This document shows positions 7,425 to 11,695 of a stretch of DNA of 11,695 nucleotides, one piece after another. Under the pieces are notes generated by a model that ran no database searches, was not told where the DNA came from, and saw only the letters and a list, made by a program, of their open reading frames with translations. Every line of letters starts with the position of its first letter. Position 1 is the first letter of the stretch. Source of the stretch: Acidobacteriota bacterium (lineage in GTDB: Bacteria; Acidobacteriota; Thermoanaerobaculia; Multivoradales; UBA5704). Both the position numbers and the translations under genes were made by a program. The stretch spans positions 1 to 11,695 of the forward strand of contig JBDTZG010000109.1 of assembly GCA_040005235.1 (NCBI GenBank), written 5' to 3'.

Positions 7425-9533
7425 TTATTGGTACGTCACCACGAGCTGCGGCCGGTTGCCGGAGGTCGAGTTGTTGCCCGAGTAGTAGCCGATGTAGTCG
7501 TTGCCGTTGTCGTCGTTGTCGTCGAGGTTGAAATAGACGCGGAGCTGGGTCGTGCTCGTCTTGCTGATCGCCGCGAGCCCGGAGGCGTTGAGGCTGCCTT
7601 CCGACCAGGTCCCGTCCGTGGCGGCGTTCGTAAGGCTCGTCGCCTGGACCGCCGTCGCCGTCGCCTGGAAGTCGCCCGTCTGGAGCGTCGTCGAGCCCGA
7701 GAAGGCTCCCGTCTGCACGTCGGCCCAGCAGGTGCCGTGGGTCGTGAAGGGGTTGGTGCCGGAGGACGTGCCGCGGCGCAGCCGCAGGGTCGCCGAAAGG
7801 ATCGTGGCACCGTCGGGGATCGGCGAGGTGTCGAACGAGACGACCGTTTTGTACTGGCGGTCCTGGTTGTTGTCGCCCACCCGCAGGGCGCTGGTGGTGG
7901 TGGCGGTGGCGTCGATCGAGCCGCCGACGTTGGTGGTCTCGCCCGATTCGAGCACCCAGCCGTCGCTGGCGGCGACCGAGGTATAGGTGACGACCGTCGG
8001 CGGAACGACCGGCGTGGCCGAGGCTTCGTTCGAGAATCCGCCCTCGCCCTGCGGGTTGGTCCCGGTGACAACGTAGAAATAGGGGGTCCCGTTGGTCAGG
8101 CCGGTGTCGGTATAGGTCGTGACGAGCAGGTTCGTCTGGATCGGCGTGTACGGCCCGCCGGTCGCCGTGCCGCGATAGACGTTGTGGCGGGTGGCGCCGC
8201 TGCCCGCGGTCCAGGAGAGACTGACCTGGCCGTTGCCCGGCGTTGCTACGAGCCCGCTCGGCGCGCCCGGCACGGCGCTGCAATACTGCGTCTGCTTGCC
8301 GATCACGGCGTAGGGGCAGGCGGCCTGTTCGAGCAGGTAGAGGACCGCGGCGCGGTTGCGGGCGGTCTGCGCCGGGATGTCCTCGTCCGGCGGATAGAAG
8401 CCGGGCGACGAGCCGACCGGGTACATCTCGAAGGTATAGGTGAAGATCCGGTGGACGCCGTAGAGCCAGTCGTTGATCGTGCCGTCAGTGACGTACAGGT
8501 CGAAGAGCTGTTGCGGCGTGTAGCCGTTCGTCGCAGCCATCGCCTGGCCCATCGCCACGAAGACGTCGTGATCGTCCTGGGTCATGTCGGCCGGGACGTC
8601 GGTGCTGGTGTAACCGTACGGCCACATCACCAGCTCGCCGTAGGTGTGAAAATCGATGTGGGAGGTGATCTGCTGCGCGCCGCCGATCACGCGGCTGTCG
8701 ACGAAGTCGCGGATCGCCGAGGTCTCGGGCGCCGAGAAGGCCGACGGCCCGCGGTAGGTGGTGCTGCTCGTCGAGCCGCTGCTGCCGCCGCAGCAACCCC
8801 ACCGGTAGCCGAAGTTGCGGTTCAGATCGGTGCCGACGTTTGACGAGCCGGCGTTCGGCTGGCGGTTCTTGCGCCAGGAGGCGTACGACCCGGTCGCGAT
8901 GTCGAACTCGCCGCCGTCCGGATTGGCATCGAAGACCAGCCAGATCTCGCGGTTGTCGACCAGGTTGGTGATCTGGGTATCGATGCCGTACTCGTCGGTG
9001 AGCATCCTCAAGGTATAGAGCCCCATCTCGACGGTCAGATGCTCGCGGGCGTGCTGGTGATGGGTGAAGAGGACCTCGGGCTCGGCCTCGTCGGTGCCCA
9101 CGTTGTCGGAGATCTTGACCAACCAGAGCGTGCGCCCTTCATAGGCCAGGCCGACGCTCGACAGGGAGACGATCGACGGATGGTCGAACGCGGCCTGCTG
9201 CAGCTCGGCCACCATCTCGGCATAGTCGTGGTAGTTCGAGTCGGCCGCCGGGAAGATGTCTGAAGGCGGCACCGGCATCTGAAAGCTGACGACCTTCAAA
9301 CCCAAGCCCGCCAAAGCCTTGAGCTCGGAATTCGTGGCTTCGACCAGGACGTAGTCGCGGCCGACCTCGAAGATGCCCGCGCCGGTCCCGGCAATGGCGG
9401 AGCGGGTCTTGCCGTCGGAGACGTTCGAGATCTTGTAGGTAGCGGGTCTCTCGAACGGCTGGGCGGCGGCAGAAGCCGCCAGGCCAAGCCCAAGCAACAG
9501 CAACAACGCGAGCGCAAGCCCTTGGTTTTTCAA
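7425..9533 (-). CDS. Secreted M14 zinc carboxypeptidase (carboxypeptidase T-like) with FN3 and C-terminal DNRLRE-like domain, 702 aa
   Basis: Signal peptide and propeptide; 'HAREH' (HxxE), 'WRKNR', 'DLNRNF', 'IDFHTY', catalytic 'FEMYP'; FN3 '[20 protein letters not shown]...YFYVVT'; C-terminal '[19 protein letters not shown]...RPQLVVTY'. TTG start with GAAAGGAG RBS. Confidence 0.93.
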   Translation of the reverse strand: MKNQGLALALLLLLGLGLAASAAAQPFERPATYKISNVSDGKTRSAIAGTGAGIFEVGRDYVLVEATNSELKALAGLGLKVVSFQMPVPPSDIFPAADSNYHDYAEMVAELQQAAFDHPSIVSLSSVGLAYEGRTLWLVKISDNVGTDEAEPEVLFTHHQHAREHLTVEMGLYTLRMLTDEYGIDTQITNLVDNREIWLVFDANPDGGEFDIATGSYASWRKNRQPNAGSSNVGTDLNRNFGYRWGCCGGSSGSTSSTTYRGPSAFSAPETSAIRDFVDSRVIGGAQQITSHIDFHTYGELVMWPYGYTSTDVPADMTQDDHDVFVAMGQAMAATNGYTPQQLFDLYVTDGTINDWLYGVHRIFTYTFEMYPVGSSPGFYPPDEDIPAQTARNRAAVLYLLEQAACPYAVIGKQTQYCSAVPGAPSGLVATPGNGQVSLSWTAGSGATRHNVYRGTATGGPYTPIQTNLLVTTYTDTGLTNGTPYFYVVTGTNPQGEGGFSNEASATPVVPPTVVTYTSVAASDGWVLESGETTNVGGSIDATATTTSALRVGDNNQDRQYKTVVSFDTSPIPDGATILSATLRLRRGTSSGTNPFTTHGTCWADVQTGAFSGSTTLQTGDFQATATAVQATSLTNAATDGTWSEGSLNASGLAAISKTSTTQLRVYFNLDDNDDNGNDYIGYYSGNNSTSGNRPQLVVTYQ

Positions 9534-9680
9534 AGGTGGCTCTCCTTTCGGTTAGTAGATTTCGTGCCGGGGATCGGCGTGCTGCGGTTGCCGTCAGCGG
9601 GCCGCAGTGCCAGCCCGAACGGTAGCCACTTGGTTTAGGTTTCCTTTGCCCACGTTAGCGCCTGCGATGTCGCTTGACCA

Positions 9681-9777
9681 TCCTCTCTAGCGATGATTTT
9701 TTGGGGCCTCCGTATCCTCTCTAGAGAGGAGGGCAATTTGCCCTGGAGAGGAGGCGGGAGTCCTTTCTAGAGAGGAC
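9681..9777. promoter_or_regulatory. Array of TCCTCTCTAGAGAGGA palindromes, candidate operator sites upstream of the carboxypeptidase
   Basis: Perfect 16-bp palindrome at 9715-9730; one-mismatch copy at 9761-9776 (extends to 9760-9777); left-part copy TCCTCTCTAG at 9681-9690; right-part copy CTGGAGAGGA at 9743-9752. Confidence 0.6.
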
Positions 9778-9803
9778 CCCTCACCGGCGGCACCCTCTCT
9801 CAC

Positions 9804-10095
9804 CCCAGGGCATCGGCCTTCGGCCTCAGCCCCGGGCTAGGCTCTCCCGGCCCGTTGGGCCGGCCGGGCCGCCCGCGACAACCTGGCGTGGAAAGGTGGC
9901 GAGCCCTGCACCCCGCCGGGCTCCGGGGGGCGCGTTGGCATCGACCGCGATGAGGCGCTGAGGAGGCACCGGCAATCCGGATCCGGCCCAACGGGCCGGG
10001 AGAACCTAGCCCAGGGCTGAGGCCGAAGGCCGATGCCCTGGGGCTCTGGGTTGAAGGTCACCACCTCCCGGCGGCCTGAAAGGCCGCGAGAACCC
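9804..10095. repeat. Left REP/REPIN-like cluster
   Basis: 60-bp unit CCCAGGGCATCGGCCTTCGGCCTCAGCCCYGGGCTAGG...GGCCCGTTGGGCCGG at 9804-9863, an inverted copy at 9983-10042, then the short hairpin GCGGCCTGAAAGGCCGC at 10071-10087. Confidence 0.9.
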
Positions 10096-10138
10096 AGGCT
10101 TGACAGATCCCCAGACGGGTGCTTGAGTCCCCGGCGCC

Positions 10139-10591
10139 ATGGCGCAATCCCTCTCCAAAATCTACGTTCATCTCATCTTCTCGACGAAGGACCGCGAGCG
10201 AACCCTGCCCGACGAGATTCGCCCCGATCTCCATGCCTACATGGGCGGTACGCTCAAAGGCCTCGGCTGTCTACCGATTGAAATCAACACCGAGCCCGAC
10301 CATTTGCACGCTCTGTTTCTCCTCGCACGGACCGAGGCGCTGAGCGACGTCGTCGGCCAACTCAAGAAAAGCTCGAACGACTGGCTGCGCAGCCAAGGCC
10401 CGGGGTTCGCAAGTTTTTTCTGGCAGGCGGGCTTCGGGGCATTTTCGGTGAGCCAGTCGCAAGTCGAAGACGTTCGGGCTTACATCCGCAACCAACGCGA
10501 GCATCACCGTGTCAAGCCGTTTCAAGAGGAGCTCCGTGCGTTCCTCGAGGCCTATGAAATCGAATTTGACGAGCGCTACGTGTGGGCCTGA
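10139..10591 (+). CDS. tnpA: IS200/IS605-family Y1 HUH transposase (REP-associated), 150 aa
   Basis: 'YVHLIFSTKDR', HUH motif 'DHLH', 'LKKSS', 'FFWQAGFGAFSVS', catalytic Tyr in 'YIRNQREHH'. A perfect TTGACA lies at 10100-10105 upstream. Confidence 0.93.
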   Translation: MAQSLSKIYVHLIFSTKDRERTLPDEIRPDLHAYMGGTLKGLGCLPIEINTEPDHLHALFLLARTEALSDVVGQLKKSSNDWLRSQGPGFASFFWQAGFGAFSVSQSQVEDVRAYIRNQREHHRVKPFQEELRAFLEAYEIEFDERYVWA

Positions 10592-10595
10592 AAGC

Positions 10596-10865
10596 TCTCG
10601 CGGCCTTTCAGGCCGCCTTTCTGTGGGGCCATTCAACCCAGGGCATCGGCCTTCGGCCTCAGCCCTGGGCTAGGCTCTCCCGGCCCGTTGGGCCGGACGG
10701 ACCGCCCGCGACAACCTGGCATGGAACGGCCCGAGGGCAAGGGTCACACCCTCCGGCGCCTGAAAGGCCGGGAGAATTTAGCCCAAGGCTGAGGCCGAAG
10801 GCCGATGCCCTGGGTCAATGGCAAGGGTCACCCACCCCTGGCGGCATGAAAGGCCGCGAGAACCC
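10596..10865. repeat. Right REP/REPIN-like cluster
   Basis: 10596-10617 is the exact reverse complement of 10070-10091. Long unit at 10637-10696, inverted variant at about 10755-10814, and a degenerate short hairpin at 10840-10865. Confidence 0.9.
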
Positions 10866-10871
10866 CCGCCG

Positions 10872-11695
10872 CTACGGCCGTGTCTCCACCGCCGGAATCG
10901 GCGTGCTGCAATTGCCGTGGTACATCTTCACCGGCCCCGCGCACTGGTGATAGGCGTCGAAGACGCTTTCGTATCCTTTGTCCTGCCACCAGGTGCAGAG
11001 CTGGCGGTTCCAGGCGCAGTCGAGATGGTAGAAAAGCTCTTCGTGCTCCAGGGCGAGGAGGGTGTAAAAGTCCTGGTCGCCCAGGTGGCCTTTGAAATGG
11101 TATTTCTCGACCAGGGCGGCGACGGCTTGCGGCTCCAACGCGTGGTTGAAGACGTCGGACTTGCGCAGCTTGCCGAGGTCGAGCAGCGTCGCTCCCGCGT
11201 TGAATCCTTGGAAGCCCTCGGGCCGCGGGGAGCCGAGCCGGGTACCGGGATGACCGTCGCGGTAGATCGTCAGCACGTGCCGGTAGACCGGTTGCAGCTC
11301 CGGCCCCAGACCGATCAGGTTGTCTTTGCCGAAGCGGTCGAACTCCTCAAAGAGCAGGTAAAGATTGGCCTCGAAGCGGACATCGAAGTCGAGCTTCGCG
11401 ATCCGCTCGATCTCCGGCAGGAGGCGGTGCATGCCGAGGGAGAGGAAGAAGATCGAATCGTTGTAGTAGGAGCCCTTGCCGGAGCTGAAATGCTTCTGCA
11501 TGTCTTCCACGATAGGGAAGATCTTCGCCGTCCATTCGTCCTTGTCGTGGAACACGAAGTGGACGCCCGGGCGCCGGTACGCCTGGAGGAATTTCTCCCC
11601 GTACGCCTTGCTTCCCGGGTCGGCGACGAAGTGCAGGGTGAGCTGCACGCCCGGCGGCAGCTCCAGGTGGCGGAAGAGCGATTCGATGCAGATCG
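10872..11695 (-). CDS. GT8 glycosyltransferase, xyloside xylosyltransferase 1 (XXYLT1)-like, 5'-partial
   Basis: The frame is open to the window edge (ICIESLFRHLELPPGVQLTLHFV...). DXD motif 'LDFD', 'GFNAG', 'HLGDQDFYTL', 'CAWNRQLCTWW', 'YHGNCSTPIP' and 'MQKHFSSGKGSYYNDSIFFLS' are collinear with animal XXYLT1 as recalled. TAG at 10874-10872. Confidence 0.88.
   Translation of the reverse strand, partial: ICIESLFRHLELPPGVQLTLHFVADPGSKAYGEKFLQAYRRPGVHFVFHDKDEWTAKIFPIVEDMQKHFSSGKGSYYNDSIFFLSLGMHRLLPEIERIAKLDFDVRFEANLYLLFEEFDRFGKDNLIGLGPELQPVYRHVLTIYRDGHPGTRLGSPRPEGFQGFNAGATLLDLGKLRKSDVFNHALEPQAVAALVEKYHFKGHLGDQDFYTLLALEHEELFYHLDCAWNRQLCTWWQDKGYESVFDAYHQCAGPVKMYHGNCSTPIPAVETRP

Larger units (their letters stand above)
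9804..10865 (+). mobile_element. REP-flanked Y1 transposase locus (REPtron-like arrangement)
   Basis: Single tnpA with no tnpB, bracketed by two related clusters of palindromic repeats. Confidence 0.7.

Noticed and set aside
6643-8283. 546-aa ORF
   Set aside because: The upstream part is an off-frame reading of the peptidase gene; the real start is 7308 (RBS plus signal peptide).
9804-10865. CRISPR array or TnpB/omegaRNA system
   Set aside because: Repeats alternate in orientation, with no regular repeat-spacer periodicity, no cas gene and no tnpB/iscB ORF.
11347-11648. GTG 11648 as the true start, and the 62-aa ORF at 11347-11535
   Set aside because: The frame stays open and XXYLT1-like to the window edge, so the start is outside the window; the small ORF is an out-of-frame overlap.
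10872-11695. Eukaryotic contamination as the explanation for the XXYLT1-like gene
   Set aside because: No introns, codon style matches the bacterial neighbours, and it is contiguous with the bacterial REP cluster. Considered unlikely, but not excluded without read data.

Overview
GC-rich bacterial DNA; the ADOP-type duplicated permease and overall gene content suggest Acidobacteriota, possibly Thermoanaerobaculia (inference). Left to right: 3' part of a NarL/LuxR response regulator; an orphan ADOP/MacB-type permease; a 5'-truncated DoxX-like gene; a lower-GC accessory block (hypothetical protein, nucleotidyltransferase-like gene with a small partner gene, and a Phd/YefM-like antitoxin whose PIN toxin appears reduced to a 15-codon stub); a secreted alpha/beta-hydrolase; a GTAG-REP-like inverted doublet; a secreted tandem OB-fold protein; an M14 carboxypeptidase with FN3 and DNRLRE-like domains, preceded by an array of 16-bp palindromes; an IS200-like Y1 HUH transposase between duplicated REP/REPIN clusters; and, cut by the right edge, an intronless GT8 glycosyltransferase that closely follows animal XXYLT1, the Notch EGF xylosyltransferase. 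That last gene is the most unusual feature. All family assignments come from motif recognition and recall; no database search was run.
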